NCBI GenBank assembly: GCA_002336805.1
Contig: DDEZ01000010.1
Coordinates: 74,895 to 138,894, forward strand
Direction: 5' to 3'
DNA from: Bacteroidetes bacterium UBA1941
Lineage (GTDB): Bacteria > Bacteroidota > Bacteroidia > Chitinophagales > LD1
Length of the DNA stretch: 64,000 bases
The notes below the pieces were generated by a model. The model saw only the letters and a list, made by a program, of their open reading frames with translations, ran no database searches and was not told the DNA's origin. The position numbers were made by a program, and so were the translations under genes. This document shows, in pieces, positions 1-8,562 of the stretch; position 1 is the stretch's first letter; each line of letters opens with the position of its first letter.

Positions 1-853
1 GCACGCTGTCTATATTGACCAGGTGCGCATTCTCAGAGCGAAGCTTATCTATGAAATCCCCTACGTATGCAGTAGACCCGCGCAGTCCCTTCTCTTCAGA
101 GCCGAAACTAAGGAAGCGCAGGCGCGTGTGCTGGAGCGTAGACTGCCCGCGGTGAGTAGGATCAGCAAAGGCAGACACTACATTCTTGGCGATAATAACG
201 CCGGAGAGATTGTCGCAGGCACCAGGTACACACTCGGGGCCGTGAAAGGTGATGTAAATAATGGTAAGGGGCGAGATGATGACAAAGAAGAGATAGATGT
301 AGAAAGTAAAGCCGGGCATATCATCATACACAAAGTAGTCTCCCATCTCATAGATCACGAGGAATAGCGCAAATAAAACCATCATCAGGCCGGTGGCGAT
401 AGTCAGGTGCGCGCCATACTGTTTGAAGCGATACCACCAGGTGCATTCATTGGTGCTGTCCATATGACCACTGAAAATGAGGGTAGACTTGACTTCCTTT
501 TGCGGCTCCAGCGTGGCTGATACATTCCATGAAGTCTTTTTAGGATACAGGAAATCAGCAAGGCCGATATTCTGCATCAGGTCACTGACGAGTACGACAG
601 CATTGATCAGCGCTATGATCATAGCTGCCAGTGGTGAAAACCAGAAGACGACCAAGGCCAGCAGGTATAGTGCCGCATACAGCTTCATCTTTCCAAACTT
701 GGCAGTCAGGTATGACTCAAATGGCAATACCTGCACATCATCCGTATGGCGCAGCATATCATTGGCTATATAGTCCTGTGCCTGATGCTCAGCCTGGCTC
801 CCTGCTGGCCGCGGGCCAAAACGGGCGATGATGTCTTCGATCTGGTCTTTCAT
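1..853 (-). CDS. M28 family metallopeptidase with hydrophobic insertions (N-terminal part; C-terminus lies beyond the window edge)
   Basis: Absent from the ORF track because it has no in-window stop. The reverse frame opens with ATG at 853-851 (ATGA overlap with the stop of 850..1362) and stays open to position 1. My translation reads MKDQIEDIIARFGPRPAGSQAEH...LIFSGHMDS...GACDNLSGV...FGSEEKGLRGS. These are the His, Asp and Glu-Glu metal-ligand blocks of M28 aminopeptidases. Confidence 0.7.
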   Translation of the reverse strand, partial: MKDQIEDIIARFGPRPAGSQAEHQAQDYIANDMLRHTDDVQVLPFESYLTAKFGKMKLYAALYLLALVVFWFSPLAAMIIALINAVVLVSDLMQNIGLADFLYPKKTSWNVSATLEPQKEVKSTLIFSGHMDSTNECTWWYRFKQYGAHLTIATGLMMVLFALFLVIYEMGDYFVYDDMPGFTFYIYLFFVIISPLTIIYITFHGPECVPGACDNLSGVIIAKNVVSAFADPTHRGQSTLQHTRLRFLSFGSEEKGLRGSTAYVGDFIDKLRSENAHLVNIDSV

Positions 854-1362
854 TTGGGTAGCACTTTGTTTACTCGTTCGCGGTCATTGGTTTCGGTCCT
901 GGTGGATATCTTTAGTTCCTTGTAGGTGGTCACTGAGTCGCGCTCACGGGTGAATACGAGGTCGTTGGCCTCGCCGATGATGATCTCTGCAGTGGTGTAG
1001 ATGATACAGCCATCCATCATGTGACCGCCTATGACTTTGCCGTCTTTATCCGCTATGGATATGTGCAGGTGATTGCCATCGGGACTAAGGGTGCCCGTGA
1101 GAGATACGATCTCAAAGGTCTCCTTCCATGTCTGAGTCTCGTTTCGGTTAGACAGCCTGAGGGTGGCCTGTTTCAGGCTGCCGGCACAGGTGATGATATA
1201 GCCTGCCTTGATCTTCTTCTCCTTTACAAACTCGGCGATCCTGACCTTGAGGTCATCTCCGGGATTGACGCGCAGGGCGTGGATGGTTTGTGTACTCATA
1301 CCAGTTTGTGCTGAGGTGATACCGCATATCGCGATCAATAGCATAACGAGTAACCGTCTCAT
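850..1362 (-). CDS. PPC (DUF296) domain protein, secreted
   Basis: 170 aa. Signal peptide MRRLLVMLLIAICGITSAQ. The core IITCAGSLKQATLRL...FEIVSLTGTLSPDGNHLHISIADKDGKVIGGHMMDGCIIYTTAEIIIGE matches the PPC/DUF296 fold pattern. Confidence 0.75.
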   Translation of the reverse strand: MRRLLVMLLIAICGITSAQTGMSTQTIHALRVNPGDDLKVRIAEFVKEKKIKAGYIITCAGSLKQATLRLSNRNETQTWKETFEIVSLTGTLSPDGNHLHISIADKDGKVIGGHMMDGCIIYTTAEIIIGEANDLVFTRERDSVTTYKELKISTRTETNDRERVNKVLPK

Positions 1363-1365
1363 GAC

Positions 1366-3015
1366 TTAGATTTTACTTTCTACTATACCTATGATCTCTT
1401 TTTCGAGGTCCAAGGTTTTATCGAGAAGCTCTTTGCCTGCTTTGATCTTTTCCCCGGCGTAGGCTTTGTCGTCGAGGCCGGAGGCATTGATCTTTACATT
1501 CAGGTAGGCGCCATATACGGCAGTGCGGGCGCAGAGTGCGCCTACACCGGCATCAGACGCAGAGTTAGGATTGCCTATCTCGGCCATGGCTTTGATCACG
1601 GCCATAGAGTCGTAGCTAAGCTGCATGACCCGGTACGGTACCTCTATGGCATAGCGGGTAGCGTCCTGTATGGCTTGTTTGCGGCTCTTCTTTTCTTCAT
1701 CTGTTGCTTTCGGCAAACCGAATGCATCCATGATCTTATTGAAGGCCTTTGTGTCTTCATCTACCAGTGCCAGCAGCTTGTCTTTGTATTGCTGGCCTTT
1801 CTCTGCCCAGTCTGAGAACTCCTGCCACCTGTCATCCCAGCCTTTTTTGTGCGAAGAGAGATTGGCCACCATGGTGCCAAGAGAGATGCCTAGCGCGCCC
1901 ACATAGGCAGATATGGAGCCACCACCCGGAGCCGGAGATTCACTGGCTGTCTCCTCAGCAAAGGCATTCAGCTTCATATTGATGAGAGGTGATGTGCTAT
2001 GGTCAGCGAGCATATACTCTATGATACGCTTTTGCGGATCGAAAGGGCCTAACTCATCAAGGCTCATAGACTTGATGGCTATTTTGATCAGCTCAGCCTC
2101 AGATACGCCTATGGAGCGCTGCTGCTTTAGCAGGAAGTAGCGACCTGCATCGAGCATAGACTGCAGTGGTATGAGGCCGATCAGCTCAGAGCCTGTCACG
2201 CGCATACCACGGTTGTAGGCGCTCTTGACACACTCATCAAAGGCTACGTGTATCGGGGTCACATCTATATCCACGAGGTTCATGGAGACTTGCGCTATCC
2301 CATATTCCTGTATGAACCAGCCAATGCCTTTTACAGATTTGCAGGTGCCGGGTTGTACTAGGTCTTCACCTTTTTCATTCTTCACCTTGCGTCCTTGCTC
2401 ACGCACGTCAAAGGCTACAGAGTTGGCACGTCGGGTAGAGGTTGTATTGAGGTTTACGTTGTATGCTATGAGTATTTTGCGGGCGCCGATGGCGATGTTG
2501 CCACTGCGTACGTTCCACTCTGCAGGGCCGAAGTCTGGCTGCCAGTCTGCTGTTTTGATCTTGTCTTTGATGCCCTCGTACTCCCCGGCACGCACGCTTG
2601 CCAGATTTTTTCTATGTGGTGCCGAGGCGGCAAATTCATATAGGTAAACAGGTATGCCGAGCTTACTGCCTACCCGCTCACCGAGCTTCTTTGCGCAAGC
2701 GATGCAGTCTTCCATTGTAGCATTGGCTATCGGGATGAAAGGACACACATCCGTAGCACCAAAGCGTGGATGCTCGCCTTTGTGCTTGCTCATATCTATG
2801 AGGTCGGCGGCTTTGGCTATGCCGCGGTAAGCCGCCTCCACTACGCTTTCCTCATCTCCTACAAAGGTCACTACAGTACGGTTCGTGGCTTTGCCCGGGT
2901 CTACATTGAGCAGCTTCACACCGTCTACTGACTCTATGGCATCGGTGATCTGGCGTATCACATTCATATCATTGCCCTCGCTGAAATTGGGCACACATTC
3001 GATTACTTTCTTCAT
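1366..3015 (-). CDS. ftcD: bifunctional glutamate formimidoyltransferase / formimidoyltetrahydrofolate cyclodeaminase
   Basis: 549 aa. The N-terminus MKKVIECVPNFSEGNDMNVIRQI...VVTFVG is the formiminotransferase signature. The C-terminal ~200 aa (SPAPGGGSISAYVGALGISLGTMVANL...) is cyclodeaminase-like. Confidence 0.9.
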   Translation of the reverse strand: MKKVIECVPNFSEGNDMNVIRQITDAIESVDGVKLLNVDPGKATNRTVVTFVGDEESVVEAAYRGIAKAADLIDMSKHKGEHPRFGATDVCPFIPIANATMEDCIACAKKLGERVGSKLGIPVYLYEFAASAPHRKNLASVRAGEYEGIKDKIKTADWQPDFGPAEWNVRSGNIAIGARKILIAYNVNLNTTSTRRANSVAFDVREQGRKVKNEKGEDLVQPGTCKSVKGIGWFIQEYGIAQVSMNLVDIDVTPIHVAFDECVKSAYNRGMRVTGSELIGLIPLQSMLDAGRYFLLKQQRSIGVSEAELIKIAIKSMSLDELGPFDPQKRIIEYMLADHSTSPLINMKLNAFAEETASESPAPGGGSISAYVGALGISLGTMVANLSSHKKGWDDRWQEFSDWAEKGQQYKDKLLALVDEDTKAFNKIMDAFGLPKATDEEKKSRKQAIQDATRYAIEVPYRVMQLSYDSMAVIKAMAEIGNPNSASDAGVGALCARTAVYGAYLNVKINASGLDDKAYAGEKIKAGKELLDKTLDLEKEIIGIVESKI

Positions 3016-3103
3016 TGTTTACTCTTTTCACATGCTGTGACTATCTAGCGGTGGCCGCAGCATTAGCTTTACTATGTTTGTTATGGAAAGGCAATTTATA
3101 ACA

Positions 3104-3871
3104 ATGGATGAAAAACTGAAAGCTTTCGGGCGCATACTACAGATCATGAATGAACTCCGGGAGCAGTGCCCCTGGGACAAGAAGCAGACGCTGGAGACCC
3201 TCCGCCCGCTCACGATAGAGGAGACCTATGAGCTGTCTGATGCCATCATCAAGAAGGACCTGACGCTGCTCAAAGAAGAACTGGGCGACCTGCTGCTGCA
3301 TATCGTATTTTATGCAAAGATAGGTGAGGAGCAGGGAGCCTTTGACATGGCTGCTGTGATCAATGACCTGTGCGAGAAGCTGATCCGCAGACACCCACAT
3401 ATATATGGAGATGTGAAAGTGGAGAACGAAGAAGAGGTAAAGCAGAACTGGGAGAAGATCAAGATGAAGGAGGGCCGCAAGTCTGTGATGGGCGGTGTAC
3501 CCGAATCACTACCAGCCCTGATCAAAGCCTGGAGGGTGCAGGACAAGGCGCGCCAGGTGGGCTTTGAGTGGGATAATATAGAGGATGTGTGGAAGAAGGT
3601 AGAGGAGGAGACGCAGGAGCTGCACGAGGTGGTCAAAGAAGGAAATGCCGACAGGATAGAGGACGAGTTTGGTGACCTGATGTTTGCCCTGGTCAACTAC
3701 TCACGCTTCCTCAATGTGGACCCGGAGACGGCACTGGAGCGGACCAACCAGAAGTTCCTGAAGCGCTTCAGATATATAGAGGAGGTGGCGGCCGGTCAGG
3801 GTAAGGCCCTTACGGATATGACTCTCGGCGAGATGGACGCGATCTGGAATGAGGCAAAGGGAAGGGTATAG
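3104..3871 (+). CDS. mazG: nucleoside triphosphate pyrophosphohydrolase MazG
   Basis: LREQCPWDKKQTLETLRPLTIEETYELSDAI plus a second EExxE-type repeat (EEETQELHEV..IEDEFGDLMFAL) is typical tandem MazG. I prefer the ATG at 3104 (MDEKL) over the track start at 3074. The ATG at 3074 sits inside a TAtgTTTG -7-like box at 3073-3080. Confidence 0.88.
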   Translation: MDEKLKAFGRILQIMNELREQCPWDKKQTLETLRPLTIEETYELSDAIIKKDLTLLKEELGDLLLHIVFYAKIGEEQGAFDMAAVINDLCEKLIRRHPHIYGDVKVENEEEVKQNWEKIKMKEGRKSVMGGVPESLPALIKAWRVQDKARQVGFEWDNIEDVWKKVEEETQELHEVVKEGNADRIEDEFGDLMFALVNYSRFLNVDPETALERTNQKFLKRFRYIEEVAAGQGKALTDMTLGEMDAIWNEAKGRV

Positions 3872-3919
3872 AGTTGGCTGGTGACGGCTGGCAGGTGGCT
3901 GGCTAATCCGGCTCAGGAA

Positions 3920-4071
3920 GGAATAATTGATTTTGAACCGGCGTCTGGGTTTGCAACTGAAGGATGAATGGGGGCTGAGGAATTGTTTTTTAACCGGAGC
4001 CGGGGTTGGCCAGGACTGGCCTTTGGAATTGATTTTTAACCGAAGGGCTCATTTAGTGAATTGATATTCAA
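3920..4071. repeat. three to four imperfect direct repeats of GGAATTGATTTTTAACCG in the rpsP upstream region
   Basis: ggaataattgattttgaaccgg at 3920-3941, ggaattgttttttaaccgg at 3979-3997, ggaattgatttttaaccga at 4025-4043, and a degenerate gaattgatattcaa at 4058-4071. They are preceded by GGCTGG words spaced 10-11 bp apart at 3876, 3886 and 3897. Confidence 0.5.
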
Positions 4072-4178
4072 ATAGTTGATTGTTTTTGTTTTATTCTAAT
4101 GTGTCTAAAGAATCGTGGCTACTTATCCTGATGACCTAAATCAGGAGCGATCTTTTTGACTTTTTCTTCCGAGAGGCA

Positions 4179-4208
4179 TTGACCTTTTCGGGGGATTTTC
4201 TATATTTG
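4179..4208 (+). promoter_or_regulatory. Bacteroidota sigma-A type promoter for rpsP-rimM (TTG-N19-TAtaTTTG)
   Basis: TTG at 4179-4181, an exact 19-nt spacer, and TATATTTG at 4201-4208. It lies 58 nt upstream of the rpsP ATG and matches the -33 TTG / -7 TAnnTTTG consensus. Confidence 0.5.
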
Positions 4209-4266
4209 CGCTCCCATTTTTTAGTAACTATTTATTCACATCCAATCCTTAAATTAACTTTAAGAC

Positions 4267-4812
4267 ATGGCAACAAAGATCAGACTTCAAAGACACGGCC
4301 GCGGCAAGCGCCCTTTTTACCACATCGTAGTGACTGACTCTCGCGCTCGTCGTGATGGCAAGTACATAGAGCGTCTGGGCGAATACAACCCACTGACCTC
4401 TCCGGCTACGATCAATGTAGATGTAGACAAAGCAGTAGACTGGCTGACAAAGGGTGCAGAACCTACAGACACAGTACACGCTATTCTGAAATATAAAGGT
4501 GCTATGTACAAGAAGCACCTCCTGCGCGGTGTAGCGAAGGGTGCTCTCTCTGCTGAGGCAGTAGAGGCAAAGTTTAATGAGTGGGTAGCTGCTCACCAAA
4601 ACTCTGTACTGGACCACAAGAAGAAACTCCACCTCTCTAAGGAAGATCGTCTGACTAAGATGATGGCTGAAGAGACCAAGAAGAAGAACGAGCGCGAAGC
4701 TAAGCGCCAGGCTGCCCTGACAGCAGCAGAGGCTACTGAGGCTCCGGCTGAAGAAGCACCAGCTACTGAGGAAGCACCAGCCGCAGAAGGCGAAGCTCCT
4801 GCAGCAGAATAA
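4267..4812 (+). CDS. rpsP: 30S ribosomal protein S16 with Ala/Glu/Pro-rich C-terminal extension
   Basis: MATKIRLQRHGRGKRPFYHIVVTDSRARRDGKYIERLGEYNPL is canonical S16. The C-terminal ~90 aa are low complexity (EATEAPAEEAPATEEAPAAEGEAPAAE). Confidence 0.95.
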   Translation: MATKIRLQRHGRGKRPFYHIVVTDSRARRDGKYIERLGEYNPLTSPATINVDVDKAVDWLTKGAEPTDTVHAILKYKGAMYKKHLLRGVAKGALSAEAVEAKFNEWVAAHQNSVLDHKKKLHLSKEDRLTKMMAEETKKKNEREAKRQAALTAAEATEAPAEEAPATEEAPAAEGEAPAAE

Positions 4813-4821
4813 ATCAAACAA

Positions 4822-5328
4822 ATGGCTGATCATATATCAGTAGGAATACTCAGAAAGCCCCACGGACTCAGTGGGGCTTTTAATTTTACCCTGACGCGTG
4901 AGCTGAAGTCGCTTAAGAAGCACCCGGCTCATTTCTTTATAGAGGGCAAGGGCGGTTTTGTACCCTATTTTATCGCATCCTTTGACCTGAAGGATATGTT
5001 CACTGGCCTGCTCACACTGGAGGACGTAGATAGTGTAGAGAAGGCGAAGCAGTTGACTGGCTGTGAGCTATACCTGGATGAAAAGCTGGTCAACACATTT
5101 TTTAAGAAGGACACGGATGACTACGGATTCCTGATAGGATACGCTGCCTGGGATGGGGAGCGGGAGCTGGGGACCGTATCTGCTATAGAAGAGATGCCCG
5201 GACAAGTGCTGGCGGTGCTGGATGTGGCAGGCGAGGAGGTGATGGTGCCGCTGGTAGATGACCTGGTGGTAGAGGTGGATAAGAGGAAGAAGAAGATAGT
5301 ATTTGAACTGCCAGAAGGGCTGGTATAG
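4822..5328 (+). CDS. rimM: 16S rRNA processing protein RimM
   Basis: 168 aa, directly after rpsP (conserved rpsP-rimM synteny). N-terminus ISVGILRKPHGLSGAF, with a C-terminal PRC-barrel-like part. Confidence 0.85.
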   Translation: MADHISVGILRKPHGLSGAFNFTLTRELKSLKKHPAHFFIEGKGGFVPYFIASFDLKDMFTGLLTLEDVDSVEKAKQLTGCELYLDEKLVNTFFKKDTDDYGFLIGYAAWDGERELGTVSAIEEMPGQVLAVLDVAGEEVMVPLVDDLVVEVDKRKKKIVFELPEGLV

Positions 5329-5382
5329 TTCCAATCTCAAATTTTAATAAGACTTTAACGACTGCAGTGGATTAGCTCCGGG

Positions 5383-6729
5383 TCACTTCTGATCCTGCTG
5401 GAGATGTTCTTTGCTCGTACCCATCTGCAGCTCCTGCTGGCGGATCAGGTAGTCCCAGTTTTTATGGCCGTCCATATTGTATTCCTCTATGGTACAGATG
5501 CGGTTTCCCGGCTGGCCGGTTACCTTGATCCTACCATAGTTCTTGTGGAATAAGACGGTGCCTGCTACGCGGTAGCGATTGTGGCTGGAGTAGTTGCTCG
5601 GGTCCATGGGGCTGGTGAGCGGCGAGCAGGTGAAGTCATAGAAAGGGTACCCCTTCCACACGTGGCGGCTCATCTCACTATAGTGCATATCACCACTGAG
5701 GAAGACTACTCCTTTGATATTATTGGTAGCTATGAAGTCCAGCAGGGCGTCACGCTCTTTGCCGTACATGGCGTAGCACTCGCCGTGGTTGTCCTCATTC
5801 AGCACCTGAGATCCTACGCATATAAACTTGAAAGATGCATCGCTATGTAACAGTTTACGCTTGAGCCAGGCGGACTGATCGGGACCAAAGAAGGAACCTG
5901 TATCACAGGCCTGGTCACGCCACCAGCGATCATCCGTCATGAAGAACTCGGTGTCGTAGTACTTATAGTTGAAGTAAGTCTGGTGTATACTGTCTTCGTA
6001 TGGATTGACCCAAAAACCGCGGAAAAGGACGAGTGAGGTGTCTTTCAGCGGGAAATTGCGATCTGCATCATTAGGACCATAGTCATGATCATCCCAGATC
6101 GTATACTGTGGCATAGATGCCAGGAAATTATTGAGCAGCGGGTATTTGATACGGGTCTTGAGATTGCAGGCATACATCTTTTCATAGCTGGAGTGCTCCT
6201 TGCCCATGTAGTAAATGTTGTCGCCCAGCCAGATCATAAAGTCGGCCTTTGTTCTGGCCATACTGTGAAAGATGCGGACCGAGGCGCCGGGTAGCACTGC
6301 CTTCATGATGCCCAGGCTCAGATAGGCGCAGGAGCCTACCAGAAAGTCAATGTCCTTTAGCGTGTCACCTATGGTAGTAAAGGCGCAGTCAGGTATGCGC
6401 AGCGGCGTACGCAGCCCCTCTGTAGTGACGATATAAGTATGGCCCGCCTCCAGGCTCTGAAAATCGAGTGACAGTGCGGTGTCGCCTTTGCTATCGGCCA
6501 GTTTGAATACTTTGGATGGGAGAGATGTGCTCTTATTGAGAGTGTCTGACAGCGTCACGCTGAAACTACCGGAGCCTTTGTACGCCAGCCATACCTTGGC
6601 AGATGTTTTGGTCACAGACCCGGCAAATGGCCCTGCCAGAATCTTGGCAGTAGTGGTGTCCTGACCTATAGCAGAGGAGGAAAACCATAGCAAAAGCAAT
6701 GCACAAAGGCAGTATTTCATCGTGGGCAC
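5383..6729 (-). CDS. PhoD-like alkaline phosphatase / metallophosphoesterase, secreted
   Basis: Signal peptide. Metallophosphatase blocks FMIWLGDNIYY, YTIWDDHDYGPND and VVFLSGDMHYSE. Confidence 0.8.
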   Translation of the reverse strand: MPTMKYCLCALLLLWFSSSAIGQDTTTAKILAGPFAGSVTKTSAKVWLAYKGSGSFSVTLSDTLNKSTSLPSKVFKLADSKGDTALSLDFQSLEAGHTYIVTTEGLRTPLRIPDCAFTTIGDTLKDIDFLVGSCAYLSLGIMKAVLPGASVRIFHSMARTKADFMIWLGDNIYYMGKEHSSYEKMYACNLKTRIKYPLLNNFLASMPQYTIWDDHDYGPNDADRNFPLKDTSLVLFRGFWVNPYEDSIHQTYFNYKYYDTEFFMTDDRWWRDQACDTGSFFGPDQSAWLKRKLLHSDASFKFICVGSQVLNEDNHGECYAMYGKERDALLDFIATNNIKGVVFLSGDMHYSEMSRHVWKGYPFYDFTCSPLTSPMDPSNYSSHNRYRVAGTVLFHKNYGRIKVTGQPGNRICTIEEYNMDGHKNWDYLIRQQELQMGTSKEHLQQDQK

Positions 6730-6835
6730 AGCAGGTGAGCGGAAGTGAAGTGCAATAATATCGACTTATCCTGATTAATCAGTACGGCCTCATGTTCATT
6801 TAAGTTAGCTACTATAAAATATCGGCGAAAGGATG

Positions 6836-8482
6836 TTATGTCAGGTCGCCTTTGGTTTTGAGCTTCTTCTTATGTATAAAGGTACGGGCCATGGCCTTCA
6901 CAAATCTGATACCGGCCGTCGGTTTCTTAGCAAAAGAAATCCGCTCCACGCGTTTCATGTAGAGGGGCTTGCGCTGCTTTTTGACCTTTGTGATAGTGCT
7001 GGAGTGGGGGATGGACACTGTGCCCACCACATGGTCATCCTCATCTACGATGCTCATGCGCACAGACTCCCGGCCATAGATATCTATCTGGCCAAAGGCA
7101 TTCTTGTAGTTCTTATTGTGGATACCATTGCCCCCGCCATTCCAGAGGTACTTTTTGATATTGGGATAGCCGGAGACGGAGCCTATCAGATTCATGTAGT
7201 GTGCCAGTACCGTGCCCGTCACAGAGAGGCCGCTGGCATTGACCTCCGGCAGGCCGGCGTTGCGCCCGTCATCTACTACATTGTGGTGGGTATCGCCGCT
7301 GATCACCAGCACATCTTTGATGCCATTGTCACGGATATAGGCCAACAGCGTATCCTGGCTGGCAGGGTAGCCTGCCCAGTAGCAGGACCACGAGGAGGAG
7401 AGGCGAAAGCCTGTGCCCTGATCGGCGATCTCCAGGTCCTGATAGTGGATGCCGAGATCGATCAGGTGGCGGAGGTTCTTATTGAAGGGAACTCCCATCA
7501 CGAGAAACTTCCAGTCTGCGGTAGAGTTCTTGAGGCCATTCTTCAGCCATTGCATCTGCTCGTCACTGATTATCTTGTGCTGTGGGCTCGGATCAAAGGT
7601 CCAATGATTGGCCACGGAGTCATATTGAAAGCCGCGCACATTCAGTTCTGCGTCCTGGCGCGTATCGAGTACGAAGAACTCTGCATTGCCCATACGGAAG
7701 CTGTGATAGATGCCGTGACTGGTATCTGCAAGCGGATAGGCAGGATAGTAGTGCATGTAGCCCTGTATCACATTACTACGCCATTTGCATAGATCTGAGT
7801 CGATGTCAAAGTAGTTGACAATGCCCCTCACTGAATCCTCGCGGTACCTGGCGGCGCGCAGGTGCTCGTGGATGCCCATGCCTGTGCCGTCATGATTGTC
7901 TGCCACATAGTCTATGAGCGTGTAGGGCAGCATCTCTTTCATTGACTTCTCGGTATAGCGCTTTTGATAACCCTTGAAGATGAACTCCTCTGTAGTAGGA
8001 TAGCCAGGCACCATATAGTCGGGATAGGTCCAGTCACCGGTGTGGATGAAGACATCGGGCTTGTGCCGGGCCATGACATCGTAGGCCTTCATATTCTCTG
8101 TCTCCTGGCAGGAGCCGGTGGTGATAGTGTAGTGCCTGCGGGTGCCCTCTGCCGGCCAGGTGGTGAAATTGCCCTGACGAATATCGGGTTTGCCATCTAT
8201 CACTATGTGGTAATAGTAACGGGTATCTGGTGAGAGCCCATGTACATCTACGAGGCCTCGGTTATGCAGCGTGGCATCTGTGGTGGCGGAATAGACGGTA
8301 GCTGCACTGAAAGAAGAATCACGTGCTACCTCCAGCCGGAATGACACCGGCCTGCCAGTGAAAAACAAGATGCGGACACTGGTATCTGTCGCTGCGCCCA
8401 GTATAGGAGCGTAGAGTATATCCTGTGCAGATGACGATAGGGCCAGGCATAGCGCCAGCAGGACTCCGGTGAGATGTTTCAT
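6836..8482 (-). CDS. PhoD-like metallophosphoesterase, secreted (divergent paralogue)
   Basis: Signal peptide MKHLTGVLLALCLALSSSAQ. An N-terminal PhoD_N-like beta domain (TDTSVRILFFT...YYYHI), then FIHTGDWTYPD, DNHDGTG and VLVISGDTHHN. Confidence 0.75.
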   Translation of the reverse strand: MKHLTGVLLALCLALSSSAQDILYAPILGAATDTSVRILFFTGRPVSFRLEVARDSSFSAATVYSATTDATLHNRGLVDVHGLSPDTRYYYHIVIDGKPDIRQGNFTTWPAEGTRRHYTITTGSCQETENMKAYDVMARHKPDVFIHTGDWTYPDYMVPGYPTTEEFIFKGYQKRYTEKSMKEMLPYTLIDYVADNHDGTGMGIHEHLRAARYREDSVRGIVNYFDIDSDLCKWRSNVIQGYMHYYPAYPLADTSHGIYHSFRMGNAEFFVLDTRQDAELNVRGFQYDSVANHWTFDPSPQHKIISDEQMQWLKNGLKNSTADWKFLVMGVPFNKNLRHLIDLGIHYQDLEIADQGTGFRLSSSWSCYWAGYPASQDTLLAYIRDNGIKDVLVISGDTHHNVVDDGRNAGLPEVNASGLSVTGTVLAHYMNLIGSVSGYPNIKKYLWNGGGNGIHNKNYKNAFGQIDIYGRESVRMSIVDEDDHVVGTVSIPHSSTITKVKKQRKPLYMKRVERISFAKKPTAGIRFVKAMARTFIHKKKLKTKGDLT

Positions 8483-8562
8483 GCGATGGGGATTGATGGC
8501 TAATATATCGACATTGAGCTAATTGATTTGTCCGGTCGCTGAGATTATAGCACATTTGGCAG

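Noticed and set aside
23-773. Plus-strand ORFs 23..367, 477..773 and 631..831 from the track
   Set aside because: The opposite strand carries an open frame across the whole interval with clear M28 peptidase motifs. The track missed it only because it has no stop inside the window.
4249-4833. 194-aa minus-strand ORF overlapping rpsP
   Set aside because: It is antisense to ribosomal protein S16. The Cys/Leu/Ser-rich translation is not protein-like.
6833-7792. 319-aa plus-strand ORF
   Set aside because: It lies entirely antisense to the well-supported PhoD-like gene 6836..8482. The translation is Ala/Gly/His/Ile-rich with no motifs. It is a shadow ORF of a GC-moderate coding region.
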